In this document: in pieces, positions 1 through 9,994 of the stretch
Layout: each line of letters opens with the position of its first letter
How positions within the stretch are numbered: position 1 is the stretch's first letter
DNA from: a virus
Lineage: Duplodnaviria; Heunggongvirae; Uroviricota; Caudoviricetes
DNA length: 64,000 nucleotides
Strand: one strand, 5' to 3'
Virus record (IMG/VR): IMGVR_UViG_3300034157_000063
Position numbers and translations under genes: made by a program
Notes under the pieces: model-generated
Databases searched by the model: none
What the model saw: the letters and a program-made list of their open reading frames with translations, nothing else
Told to the model about the DNA's origin: nothing

Positions 1-72
1 ATGGATAATCCTAAACCAGAAAATCTTGTTGCTAATAAGCAAGATCGTGTTAAAAGCCGTATGACTGTATAA
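1..72 (+). CDS. 3' end of upstream gene (partial), basic tail ...KQDRVKSRMTV
   Basis: Open frame from base 1 to TAA at 70-72, followed directly by a terminator hairpin. Confidence 0.55.
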   Translation: MDNPKPENLVANKQDRVKSRMTV

Positions 73-86
73 TTTATTGATGTATT

Positions 87-112
87 AAAAAAGGCCGATG
101 AGGTCTTTTTTT
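87..112 (+). terminator. Intrinsic terminator (bidirectional-looking)
   Basis: AAAAAAGGCC-GATGA-GGTCTTTTTTT hairpin flanked by A and T tracts. Confidence 0.7.
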
Positions 113-171
113 ATTGTTTAAACATTTAAAATATGATATAATTAACCAAATTTAAATTGAGGAAATTATTC

Positions 172-963
172 ATGAATGACGTTATATTGAAAAAAGACGT
201 GATTATTGATCAGCACTTTGGTGAACTTATTTTTATTGAATACGAAAATAAAATCATCAATAGTCTTGTGTTCGATTATTTTGGTGAGTCTGTATCAATT
301 GATTATTTTAGTCAATCTATCTTAGAACATAATATTTTAGATGTGAAAGGGTTTATTCGTTGTGATAACATCCGTATCCCCTTTAAATTTTGTGGCGATA
401 TGACAAGTAATAAAGGTCATTCAATGGATATTTCTTTGTATTATGATGTGGTTTATTCTCGTGACAAAGATTTTAAAGATGATAATTATTACAATATCAA
501 TACACCGATTAAAAATGTTTTACGTGAACAGGTTGAAGATTACACTCAAAAATTAATTGCTTGTTTACCCAGTAAACATTCAAAAGATTTTACTGACGTG
601 CTCTCTTTTCTATATTTTTATCCCCACATAGACAAAAAAAATGGAAAGACGTTAAAAGTTTTTATTGATATGAATAGAAAAAGTATTATTTATTTCATTA
701 ATCATTATCAAAGTACATCCACTAGATTTAATTCTAATTTATCATTTTTTTACGATGGTGAAACCTTTTCACTTAATTCATCAAATTTTACCAGTGTTGA
801 TGTTAGTGATGTGACGATTGAAGATTGTTGGAAACATTTGATTACTCGTCACTTTAGATATTCAAATATTTATAGCTTTATCAACAGCAGTTATACATCC
901 CTTAATGAGCTTATGGCTCATATAGATGAAGCTTTTTTAGTTTTTGAAATGGATAATATTTAG
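172..963 (+). CDS. Hypothetical protein with C-terminal MxxI motif (LVFEMDNI)
   Basis: ORF track 157..963; ATG 172 follows a GAGGA SD; TGATATAAT extended -10 upstream. Confidence 0.75.
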   Translation: MNDVILKKDVIIDQHFGELIFIEYENKIINSLVFDYFGESVSIDYFSQSILEHNILDVKGFIRCDNIRIPFKFCGDMTSNKGHSMDISLYYDVVYSRDKDFKDDNYYNINTPIKNVLREQVEDYTQKLIACLPSKHSKDFTDVLSFLYFYPHIDKKNGKTLKVFIDMNRKSIIYFINHYQSTSTRFNSNLSFFYDGETFSLNSSNFTSVDVSDVTIEDCWKHLITRHFRYSNIYSFINSSYTSLNELMAHIDEAFLVFEMDNI

Positions 964-1021
964 TTGAATTTTGGTATTATAATGTGGTATAATAGGTCAA
1001 ATGAAAAAAAGGAGTTACACC

Positions 1022-1672
1022 ATGAAAACTATTCAATATGTTGTGAATAAAGAAAAAGCTAAGGTTGCCTCATTTGATGTTGACCCTCAAAAAAGCTTCA
1101 CTCCACTGTTTCCAGATGAATTGCCGGTAGCAGGCGGTCACCTGATTGCTGCTGCACTTAACGCACAAGCTGAACTGGCTGGTTTTCGTGTAGGTTCAAA
1201 AGATATTCATGCTACCAATGCTTATTGGGTAGCCGATGAAAAGAACCCCCAATTCAGCCCAGTGGCTCCACAGTTTCTTGATATGGATATTCACTGGAAA
1301 GCTCACTGTATTCTTGGCACAGAAGGTGTTGAGTTCTTGGATGAACTCCCAAAGGCCGATAAGTATGATTTTATGGTCTATAAAGGTATTGAGCGACATA
1401 TGCACCCTTATGGTGCTTGCTATCATGACCTCGGCAACAAAAAAACTACGGGTGTGATTGAAGTTCTTCGTGCTAATGGCATTGAACTTGTTCTGGTAGG
1501 TGGTCTTGCGACTGACTATTGTGTTAAGAACACCGCAATCCAGTTAAAACTCGCCGGTTTTGATGTGGTGGTTAACTTGTCAGCCTGTCGTCATATTGCT
1601 GATGAAACCTTGGATATTGCTATCAAAGAAATGATTGAGCATGGTATTGTGGTTGCTGATACTGTCGCTTAA
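1022..1672 (+). CDS. pncA: Nicotinamidase/pyrazinamidase (isochorismatase family)
   Basis: Motifs DVDPQKSF, KDIH, HWKAHC, VYKG and GGLATDYCV (cis-peptide/catalytic Cys); GGAG SD before ATG 1022. Confidence 0.9.
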   Translation: MKTIQYVVNKEKAKVASFDVDPQKSFTPLFPDELPVAGGHLIAAALNAQAELAGFRVGSKDIHATNAYWVADEKNPQFSPVAPQFLDMDIHWKAHCILGTEGVEFLDELPKADKYDFMVYKGIERHMHPYGACYHDLGNKKTTGVIEVLRANGIELVLVGGLATDYCVKNTAIQLKLAGFDVVVNLSACRHIADETLDIAIKEMIEHGIVVADTVA

Positions 1673-1691
1673 TCGGTTTATCCAGTAAATG

Positions 1692-1720
1692 AAGCCATGA
1701 CTTTTGTTGTGGCTTTTTTT
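1692..1720 (+). terminator. Intrinsic terminator after pncA
   Basis: AAGCCATGAC-TTTT-GTTGTGGCTT followed by a T tract. Confidence 0.75.
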
Positions 1721-1774
1721 GTTTACAGCATTAAGGTGTTGTGCTATAATTGTTCAAATTTTAGGAGAGATAAC

Positions 1775-2620
1775 ATGAATACGATTGATTTTGTGCAACA
1801 AGGAAATAAGCGTAAGAAAGCCTTTGTTGTAGATACCTTTGCTCGTAAAGTGCTTAATGACATTTTTCCTGTTATCAACGATCTTTCTAATAATGATATT
1901 CATGTTATCAATTATGTTGTTTTTCGTGGTAAACGTCTCATTGATGTTATTGTTCGTTATAAAGATCTTTGCTTGCCTATGGCTCTTGATTTCTCCATTG
2001 ACAGTGATTTAGATTGCACATACATTAAAGGCTACAGGGCTATTTATAAGTTTAATATTTCTATTGTTAATGACCGATTCCAAAGTATTCTGTTTGATGA
2101 CAATCGTGAAGATAACTTCAACGTTGAAACACTTAAAGAATTTTTAGGGGATGACGCGGAACGTTTTAGCATTCTGTATGACAGTTATTACAATAAATAT
2201 AACTCACCCATGCAGTATAAGCAGCATGTATTGAAAGCCACCGCTCCTGATGCTAAACCAACATCTGATATTTCTTTTGATTGTGAGTTTCAATACATGA
2301 GCGATACATCAGGATTCTTTTTTAATATTTATAGCAATGGTATTGAATATAAGAAGAATGTAGCGAGAGTGGAAGAACTGTGTTATCAATTGAAACCAAT
2401 GGAAGGCACTATCTCGGGTAAGTTCACCAGTATTGATTTTTGGTCAACTATTAAAGAAAACCCTTCTATGATTTCTGAACCTTTTAGGGTTGCCATTCAG
2501 AAACATTACAATGTGGATGATTATGTTATTCCTCATTTTGATTCTCATATTGAATTGTTTGATTTTTACAATGAAGAAAAAATACGAATTAAGGAAATCA
2601 GTGAAATGATAAAAATTTAA
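1775..2620 (+). CDS. Hypothetical protein with C-terminal MxxI motif (EISEMIKI)
   Basis: ORF 1697..2620; AGGAG SD before ATG 1775; TGCTATAAT upstream. Confidence 0.75.
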   Translation: MNTIDFVQQGNKRKKAFVVDTFARKVLNDIFPVINDLSNNDIHVINYVVFRGKRLIDVIVRYKDLCLPMALDFSIDSDLDCTYIKGYRAIYKFNISIVNDRFQSILFDDNREDNFNVETLKEFLGDDAERFSILYDSYYNKYNSPMQYKQHVLKATAPDAKPTSDISFDCEFQYMSDTSGFFFNIYSNGIEYKKNVARVEELCYQLKPMEGTISGKFTSIDFWSTIKENPSMISEPFRVAIQKHYNVDDYVIPHFDSHIELFDFYNEEKIRIKEISEMIKI

Positions 2621-2643
2621 AACTATTAATCAGGAGTTTAATC

Positions 2644-3447
2644 ATGCGTCGTAGTCATTTTAAACATTTCTTTGAAACCTATTTCAATTATCCTTATGAA
2701 AAACTTGAATTATGGGACGCTGATTGCGTGCGTAAAGAAATTGCTACTTCGTATGAGTGTACGCTGGATGAAGTCGATTGTTTCTTTCTTTTTAGTAACC
2801 CATTGACTTACCGCTATAAAGAAATACAGCACTATGGATTTTATAGGATAAAAAATTCAGATTTTTACGTTCCTTTTTTTGCTCATTGCTCGCCATCATT
2901 GGTTACGGCTCATGTTGAAATGAAATTTAATTATGACATTAACAATTCTGTATTTGATTTTCGTCACGTTCCTCTTAAAAAAGAGAGAACACGGGAATTT
3001 TATGAATTGACTATGGAGAATATTCAACCATTTATAAGAAATATTCTCAGCAGATCTGGTTTGTTGGTACTGGATGAACAGTTTAAGAAAAGTTCTATTT
3101 ACTTTGATTTTGATTTTTCTTATTTTACGTTGGAAGTGGCTCATAGAGGTCATAATTTCAATGAATCCTTTGCGATTACTTATAAAAACAATCTAGATAA
3201 CGATGTGACTGATGCTTTTTTTCATTGTCGTTATTATCTTCGATATTGCCTCAACAAAAAAGTAGAAAATCTTCAGGTTAGTAGCAGTAATATTAACTTG
3301 AATAATTTATTGTTCAATAAAGATGAAATGTTGCATCAATCTTTCAGTGGTATGAATGATTTTGGTTGTTTTGAGTATACGACCATTGATGAGTTGGATA
3401 CGCTTGTCAAAGAATATAGAAAGGTAGAAAAGATGTATATTATTTAA
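2644..3447 (+). CDS. Hypothetical protein, paralog of 3460..4275 (ends KVEKMYII)
   Basis: Shares HFK.YFE.YFNY, FNY.INNSVFD and YTTIDELD.LVK.YR.VEKMY.I with the next ORF. Confidence 0.8.
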   Translation: MRRSHFKHFFETYFNYPYEKLELWDADCVRKEIATSYECTLDEVDCFFLFSNPLTYRYKEIQHYGFYRIKNSDFYVPFFAHCSPSLVTAHVEMKFNYDINNSVFDFRHVPLKKERTREFYELTMENIQPFIRNILSRSGLLVLDEQFKKSSIYFDFDFSYFTLEVAHRGHNFNESFAITYKNNLDNDVTDAFFHCRYYLRYCLNKKVENLQVSSSNINLNNLLFNKDEMLHQSFSGMNDFGCFEYTTIDELDTLVKEYRKVEKMYII

Positions 3448-3459
3448 GTGGAGTCAATA

Positions 3460-4275
3460 ATGGAAAGTTTACATTTTAAATCTTACTTTGAACAATATTT
3501 TAACTACAATTATGATAAATTGAAATTTTATCAATCGGATCGTGTTCATGAGATTATCGCAAAATCTTACAATTGTTCGATGTCGGATGTAGAGTGTGTA
3601 TTCGTCCATCAGAAAATATTACCACAAATTCAAACTGATCTGGAATATCAAGACGAAGAAGAACAAACTTATGAGTTCTATGAAAGTCAGCTTTATGGTT
3701 TCTATCGAGTTCATCAATCTGATTTCTATATTCCTTTCTTTTCCTACTTGAATGACAAATATGTGTTACCACGTATTGAGTTAGTCTTTAATTATCAGAT
3801 TAACAATTCTGTGTTCGATTGTTTTCATTTACCACTTAAAAAAGAAAAAACACCTGAGTTTTATAAGTCTATTATTGCTAACTTAAATCCAATGGTTACC
3901 AAGGCTATCCAAACATCTGGCATTATGGTTTTAAATGAACCGCTTAGAAAAAGTAGTATTCATATTGATTTATATCTATCTCAGGTCGATTTAGCCAATA
4001 AAGGTACTCAATTTAAAGAAACGTTATCTTTTTGTTTTGGTGCTTCGTATGACGATATGTTGTTTTTCCATTATGACCTTAGATATTGTATCAATAATCA
4101 AATGGAACACCTTTTTGTTAGAGCCAACAATATGGCTGATTTTAATAAAGAAACGTTTCTTCGACATTCTTTTAAGTGTATAGACATTTTTTGTGATTTT
4201 AACTACACCACGATTGATGAACTTGATGTTCTGGTTAAGAAATATCGTCAAGTCGAAAAAATGTACACTATTTAG
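3460..4275 (+). CDS. Hypothetical protein, paralog of 2644..3447 (ends QVEKMYTI)
   Basis: ORF 3448..4275; GGAG SD before ATG 3460; clear tandem paralogy. Confidence 0.8.
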   Translation: MESLHFKSYFEQYFNYNYDKLKFYQSDRVHEIIAKSYNCSMSDVECVFVHQKILPQIQTDLEYQDEEEQTYEFYESQLYGFYRVHQSDFYIPFFSYLNDKYVLPRIELVFNYQINNSVFDCFHLPLKKEKTPEFYKSIIANLNPMVTKAIQTSGIMVLNEPLRKSSIHIDLYLSQVDLANKGTQFKETLSFCFGASYDDMLFFHYDLRYCINNQMEHLFVRANNMADFNKETFLRHSFKCIDIFCDFNYTTIDELDVLVKKYRQVEKMYTI

Positions 4276-4334
4276 TTGATTTTTTGGTGTGATTTTGCTA
4301 TTATAGCAGGGTCTTAACCAAAAGGAGAAACATC

Positions 4335-5168
4335 ATGGTAGACCAAACTCTGCAACAACTTACGCTAGGCGAACGTATGAAAGCCTACGAAGATAAAGAA
4401 ACAAAACTTCGCTTTGATCGTACTCAACCTGTTTATGCTCGTATTGATGGCCGGTCTTTTAGTAAATTTACTAAGGGCATGAAAAAGCCTTTCGATGAAA
4501 AGCTCTCAATGGCAATGATTGAAGTCACTAAGTATCTTGTGAAAGAAACAGGTGCAACTGTGGGCTACACTCAATCCGACGAAATCAGTCTTGCTTGGTA
4601 TGGCAGCGATACACGTTCAAATATTTTCTTTGATGGACGGATTCAAAAAATGGTCAGTAACGTAGCCTCAATTGCGACTGCTAAGTTTATGGTCTACGCT
4701 CTTCAACATTGGGGCGAAAAGTGCCTTCAAAAGCTTCCTACGTTTGATTGCCGCATTATCAACATGCCCAACTTCTCAGAAGTGTCTAACATGTTTATGT
4801 GGCGATCAATGGACGCTTACAAGAACTCAATCAGTATGGCAGCAATGGCTGAATTCAGTCACAAGCAACTGACGGGTGTTAACGGTGCTGATAAAATTGA
4901 AATGATGATGAAGAAAGGTGTAGACTTTAATGCACTCCCTAACTTCTTTAAGTATGGTACTTTTGTCCGTAACGAATCATTCTTTATCACTGCGAAAGAA
5001 GCTAACATTCCAGAACAGTTCTTGAATGAAGAAAACTCCAAAGGTTTCATGCGTCGTCGTGTTGTAGAAGTTGACCTTGGAAACTTTGTTGATGTTGCTA
5101 ACAAAGTTGCGTTCATCTTCAACGGTGCTGAACCGGAGTTTAAGATTGATAATGCCATTCTTGTTTGA
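4335..5168 (+). CDS. tRNA(His) guanylyltransferase Thg1-like protein (3'-5' polymerase, TLP)
   Basis: Motifs RMKAYE, YARIDGRSFSKFT, KPFD, GYTQSDEIS, FDGRIQK, FDCR and WR..DAYKNSIS. Confidence 0.92.
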   Translation: MVDQTLQQLTLGERMKAYEDKETKLRFDRTQPVYARIDGRSFSKFTKGMKKPFDEKLSMAMIEVTKYLVKETGATVGYTQSDEISLAWYGSDTRSNIFFDGRIQKMVSNVASIATAKFMVYALQHWGEKCLQKLPTFDCRIINMPNFSEVSNMFMWRSMDAYKNSISMAAMAEFSHKQLTGVNGADKIEMMMKKGVDFNALPNFFKYGTFVRNESFFITAKEANIPEQFLNEENSKGFMRRRVVEVDLGNFVDVANKVAFIFNGAEPEFKIDNAILV

Positions 5169-5229
5169 TTGAAATGTAAAAGTTGTAACAAAAAAATGTA
5201 GCTTTCTCACGATTGCTGCATTTTTTTTG

Positions 5230-6477
5230 TCAAGAATTTTTCATTTGTTCTAATTTTACATGTTGATACGTTAATTCATACGGCTCGATATCTGATGATT
5301 TTGCTAGTGTATTACATATATGCTCACACAGTTTTTTATAAATGGCTGCAAAATCATCATGCTTATAACTAAAATCATAAGTGTGTAGTTCTGTGTCTCT
5401 CCCTATACTAATGTTAAAATCTTTGCAAGCAAAATTAAAGATGAAATTGCTAGTATAGGCACTTTCTTTTGAGATCATTCTTTTTGGATCTTTATAAATT
5501 GTCAGTAATATTTCATTAACATAAGGATTTTTTAATTGATGATGAAAATCAAATAATGCTATGATAGACAATAAATAGGATAAATTCTTATCTTGAAAGA
5601 CAGGTGTTAACAATTTTCTTAAGGTTTTAATATTTTTTGTATACAGATAAAGAGTCACTTGGTCATCTGTGGATATTCTATCAATAATTTTGGCTACACT
5701 TTTATTTCTTTCTGGATTGTGTTTCAATATCACTACCTCATGACCATTACTGAGTTCTGATTCAGGTTCCATATTGCAATGAACGTAATCTTTTATCATG
5801 ATGGTCTTATAACGTATATGCGTATTTTTGATATTGATAAAAAAATCATAATCAGTATAATCTTTGAAAAAGGCGGTTTGATTTATTCTTTTATTGTAGG
5901 CATCAACACTTTCAGTCAACACTTTATTTATTAATTCAACATTTACATCTTTTATTGTTTTCTTAAAATAATTGGATAACGACATTTTTAATTGTTTGAT
6001 AATTATTTTTTGAAAATCTGTTACATTCATTTTTTCTGCCATTGAAACTTTTAACGAATGGTTTTTCTTGAAAAATGCTGATTCTTGTTGAATATTATAA
6101 TGAGATTTTGTTATCATTATGTCAATAATCTTACTGCTGAATGTAATGGTTGTGTCCGTACTCATGATATAGATCAGATCATGATCAGGTAGAGCATCAT
6201 TGAACAATTGATAATGAAAATTAAACATTGATACTATTTGTTTGAGTTCATTTTTGCTTAATTGTGGAAGAAAGAAGGATAGACACGTCTCTATACTGGA
6301 CGTGGTATAGTATTCCATGATGTTAAAACTAAGTTGATGATCCTTCATTATGAAGCTATTGATACTGTCATCAATATTATCATTATCGACTTCTACAATT
6401 CCATTGGATAGAAAGTAATCTCTTAAACAAAGCGGATTAGACATAAGTTTATCAGTATTTGAAATCGTATTTTTCAT
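5230..6477 (-). CDS. Hypothetical protein, paralog of 6493..7716, internally duplicated
   Basis: 415 aa ORF; ends HVKLEQMKNS. Confidence 0.8.
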   Translation of the reverse strand: MKNTISNTDKLMSNPLCLRDYFLSNGIVEVDNDNIDDSINSFIMKDHQLSFNIMEYYTTSSIETCLSFFLPQLSKNELKQIVSMFNFHYQLFNDALPDHDLIYIMSTDTTITFSSKIIDIMITKSHYNIQQESAFFKKNHSLKVSMAEKMNVTDFQKIIIKQLKMSLSNYFKKTIKDVNVELINKVLTESVDAYNKRINQTAFFKDYTDYDFFINIKNTHIRYKTIMIKDYVHCNMEPESELSNGHEVVILKHNPERNKSVAKIIDRISTDDQVTLYLYTKNIKTLRKLLTPVFQDKNLSYLLSIIALFDFHHQLKNPYVNEILLTIYKDPKRMISKESAYTSNFIFNFACKDFNISIGRDTELHTYDFSYKHDDFAAIYKKLCEHICNTLAKSSDIEPYELTYQHVKLEQMKNS

Positions 6478-6492
6478 TTTATTGATCGCCCT

Positions 6493-7716
6493 TTATGAAT
6501 TTTTCATTTGCTGTAGTTTTACGTGTTCAAACCTTAATTCTTTTGGTTCGACATCTAACGATTTAGTGAGCCATTTTTTTAAAAGATTAACAAGACTTTT
6601 ATAAATCAAATTGAATTTGTCAGATGAATAATTGTAATCATGAAGGCTATAAGACCTTATTTCAGTTTCTCTACCAATATTCAAGCTAAAATCACCTACA
6701 CTGATGTTGAAAATGTAGTTGGTGCAAAATACATATTCTTTCGAATCAAACAGAGTCGGTTCTTTTTCAATGGATATTAACTTCTGTATAGAGTAAGGGT
6801 TTTCAATCTGTTCTATAAAATTCATCAGGGATATAATTGAGAGTAAGGAAGACAATTCTTTTTCATGAAAGATTGGCTTCAATACTGTTCTGATTACATC
6901 CATTTTATTGACATCGACAAAGAGTGATACTCTGTCTTTTAAGTTCTCTAACTCAACAATATGGGTTTCTGACTCTTGTTTAATGATCGCTATATTCTTA
7001 TTTTCTAGAAAACTAAGAGACGAATCAGACTCTTCATCTTCATAAATATAATTTTTCAAGATATAGGATAATTTAGAATCATTGATGTTTTTATAAAAGC
7101 TATGATCAGTCCATTTTTTGAAAAAAGCTTTATGATTGATGCGAACATCATAAGATTCAATAGACTCATTCACAACATTGGCAATGGTTGTATTATTTAC
7201 TTTTTTTATGTCTTCATTGAAATAGAGTGATAGCGATTTCTTTAACTGTTCAATGATGACTTTTTGAAAATCATCTACGGTTAATTTTTTTAATGAATAG
7301 GCACTTTCAAAAAATGAGCATTCCTGATATATCTCGAAAGAGTGCTTAGTCACTTGAAATTCAACCAGTTTGCTGCTAAATGTAACATGATTATTAGTGA
7401 CAACAAAATGAAACACTTCATTTTTACCCATTGGAACACAAAAAAGATTATGATGAAATTCAAACATGGAGACAACTTGATTTATTTCATTCTTAGTAAA
7501 GTGAGGCATAAAAAATGACAGTATTATTCTTATATCAACTGCAGCATAATATTCAGTCAACTGGAAGTTCAAATTGTTCTCACTGACAGAAAACGTATTA
7601 AGCTTACCTTTGATATTATTATCTTTTGATTCAACAACACCCATTTTTAAAAGGTATTCTTTCAAGAAAAGGTGATTTCCAAATAATCCCAGTATATTGG
7701 CATTTGTATTTTTCAT
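6493..7716 (-). CDS. Hypothetical protein, paralog of 5230..6477
   Basis: 407 aa ORF; ends HVKLQQMKNS. Confidence 0.8.
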   Translation of the reverse strand: MKNTNANILGLFGNHLFLKEYLLKMGVVESKDNNIKGKLNTFSVSENNLNFQLTEYYAAVDIRIILSFFMPHFTKNEINQVVSMFEFHHNLFCVPMGKNEVFHFVVTNNHVTFSSKLVEFQVTKHSFEIYQECSFFESAYSLKKLTVDDFQKVIIEQLKKSLSLYFNEDIKKVNNTTIANVVNESIESYDVRINHKAFFKKWTDHSFYKNINDSKLSYILKNYIYEDEESDSSLSFLENKNIAIIKQESETHIVELENLKDRVSLFVDVNKMDVIRTVLKPIFHEKELSSLLSIISLMNFIEQIENPYSIQKLISIEKEPTLFDSKEYVFCTNYIFNISVGDFSLNIGRETEIRSYSLHDYNYSSDKFNLIYKSLVNLLKKWLTKSLDVEPKELRFEHVKLQQMKNS

Positions 7717-7839
7717 CTGGTATCCGTTAGTTGTTTATTACTTTATATTACTATTATTTTAAGTAAAAACAATGATGAAACAACATTGATTTTTTGATAT
7801 TTTGTGGTAAATTCCTTTTAACTGTAAAGAGAGGTTGTT

Positions 7840-8283
7840 ATGAGAATTAGTAGTAAATATTACTTTATGCTTTTTTTAGTGTTATTGTGTTATGGGTTTA
7901 ACTATATGTTTTACTCTACCATCAAGACCAATATGGATGGTATAGTCAATAGTTATATTGTTCCACAAGCCAGTCTTGCTAATAAAGAGAAATTAAATAT
8001 GTTGATGGCAAAGCCTTATTATTTCAAGGCTGATATGGAGGCACTTTCCGATCAAGCATTCAAGTCTTATAAGGATTCTCTCTATAAAAAAGAATTATTA
8101 GTTGATAAAATGAAGAATATTCTATTATTAAACATTAAAATTGTGTTAATTGATAATGTTAAGTCATCATTCATCTTTAATTATGTCATCAATATCGGCT
8201 TGTTGTTCAGCTTTTTATTTGCTATATTGTTTAAAGAAGGAACCGTGGAGTTAAAACGAAATGAGCCAGAGATCGATGTTTAA
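7840..8283 (+). CDS. Hypothetical membrane protein
   Basis: N- and C-terminal hydrophobic segments; GAGGT SD. Confidence 0.7.
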   Translation: MRISSKYYFMLFLVLLCYGFNYMFYSTIKTNMDGIVNSYIVPQASLANKEKLNMLMAKPYYFKADMEALSDQAFKSYKDSLYKKELLVDKMKNILLLNIKIVLIDNVKSSFIFNYVINIGLLFSFLFAILFKEGTVELKRNEPEIDV

Positions 8284-8836
8284 AGAGTTGTTTAAGGATA
8301 TCCCTTTTTCACAGAAATCAAAGATGAGTTATTTCCAATGGTGTGGTGCGTTGGCATCACTGACTATTAGTGGCAAAATCTTTACTGAGTTAAAGGCGGA
8401 TTATGATTATTTGAAAGGCTATTTGACGATTGGCAGTGCATTATCTTATATGGGCCTAGTTTTGCTTTGGGTCAGTAATATTGTGTTGTTTCCAGTGTAT
8501 GCAGTCTTCTTAAAGCTGTATTGGTCGAGAAATTACAAATCCATTATGTCAAAAGGTGAAGATCCACTTTTCGATATGATGGTGAACACCCCAGAGCTTC
8601 CAGAATTAAATGGATTGAAGATCATTAAAATATTAAGCACGCAAGATTTTGGATCATATCGTAGCTATTCCGTGATGTTATCGAACAATGAGATAGTATC
8701 ACTTAATGACAATCAAATCCTTTCTAAAAACGTGTTATTAATTGAAAGGGATAAATTGTTAAAAGAATTAGCTAAGATAGATTATAAGTTAGAATATTTT
8801 AATAAGTTATTGATTGAACATAAGAAAGAGGCGTAA
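8261..8836 (+). CDS. Hypothetical membrane protein
   Basis: 191 aa ORF with hydrophobic helices; GGAG SD. Confidence 0.7.
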   Translation: MSQRSMFKELFKDIPFSQKSKMSYFQWCGALASLTISGKIFTELKADYDYLKGYLTIGSALSYMGLVLLWVSNIVLFPVYAVFLKLYWSRNYKSIMSKGEDPLFDMMVNTPELPELNGLKIIKILSTQDFGSYRSYSVMLSNNEIVSLNDNQILSKNVLLIERDKLLKELAKIDYKLEYFNKLLIEHKKEA

Positions 8837-8846
8837 GTCTCTTTTT

Positions 8847-9005
8847 TTACATTCCACTATATTCTGGGATGGTGTTGTATTCGGATAGTGCTTGGAATTC
8901 GTAACCAGAGCTATGATGTTTGAAACCAAAGAAAATCCACATTCCCATCATAAATAAAATACTGACCACACATAATTTTACGGCTTTTGTTTCATTATCG
9001 TTCAT
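8847..9005 (-). CDS. Small single-TM protein missed by the ORF track (MNDNETKAVKLCVVSILFMMGMWIFFGFKHH...EYSGM, 52 aa)
   Basis: ATG at 9005 preceded by GGAGG inside the end of the upstream gene; stop TAA at 8849-8847. Confidence 0.6.
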   Translation of the reverse strand: MNDNETKAVKLCVVSILFMMGMWIFFGFKHHSSGYEFQALSEYNTIPEYSGM

Positions 9006-9006
9006 A

Positions 9007-9438
9007 TTATTCCTCCCGATTGTCTTCGAAATTAAGTTCTTCGATTATTGTCTTCGTGAGAATATATTCAGGAATTTTCAATTGTAGGCAATACAGAACC
9101 CCTCTCCAGTTATTAAGTTTGCCATTTTCTGTCATGAAATCATACTTTTTAACTGTCGAAAGATATTGAAGCCGTCCTTCTTTATTTAATTTTTGTAGCT
9201 TAGATTTTGTTTTCTTTTTAAATTTTCTAATTTTACTGCAAAGGTGTTGGCTGTACAGAAATAATGAACAACCTACAACGAAGAAAACAATGCTAATGAT
9301 ATTAAATATGATGGACAATGAAGGGCTGTTTTTTAAGAACGCGAAATCGGCTAATAATGTAATAGCCACCAGTAACCAACAGATCCCACTTAGTAATGTT
9401 GCAATCGAAAACATAACAATATCCTTTTTTATTCTCAT
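9007..9438 (-). CDS. Hypothetical membrane protein (2 TM)
   Basis: Two hydrophobic helices then a basic region; GAGG SD. Confidence 0.7.
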   Translation of the reverse strand: MRIKKDIVMFSIATLLSGICWLLVAITLLADFAFLKNSPSLSIIFNIISIVFFVVGCSLFLYSQHLCSKIRKFKKKTKSKLQKLNKEGRLQYLSTVKKYDFMTENGKLNNWRGVLYCLQLKIPEYILTKTIIEELNFEDNREE

Positions 9439-9617
9439 TAAAGTGCCTCATAATATATCATAAAATAATTATAATTCAACGCCTCATCAATAGCCTCCTG
9501 ATGAGTGGTATTTAAGTGGTTTAGTGTTATTGAACGCTTTCTTTTGATACATCATAGAAATTTATTGATATTTCCATTGAATTTTGATATAATCCGTCAA
9601 ACTCATGAGGGGCTTCT

Positions 9618-9983
9618 ATGTTTGGTAACTATTTTGCGAGGAAACGAATTGTCAATGCGATTATTGATGAATTACGTTTTGACACGACCTACAATGATCT
9701 TCCAGAACTCCCTTTCTATTATGAGATTAAGAATCATTTCTTATTTATTCGTAGAGAGGAAGAACCTACACTTCTTGTCTATAATTTTGAAGCGAATACT
9801 TTTAAAATACTCGGTAATGATCCTTACAACATTTGTAAGTCTGGTCATTATAAGCGGGTGTTGCAGGCTCTCATAATGGCACATGCTGAATTGACGAAAC
9901 GAAATTTAGTTTTGGCAAGACTGAAAAACTCCGAAAAAGAATCGTCTGTAAACATAGATAAACTACGAAATAAACTTTATTAA
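9618..9983 (+). CDS. Hypothetical protein
   Basis: GAGGGG SD; TTGA..TGATATAAT promoter upstream. Confidence 0.65.
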   Translation: MFGNYFARKRIVNAIIDELRFDTTYNDLPELPFYYEIKNHFLFIRREEEPTLLVYNFEANTFKILGNDPYNICKSGHYKRVLQALIMAHAELTKRNLVLARLKNSEKESSVNIDKLRNKLY

Positions 9984-9994
9984 GGACTGTTAAT

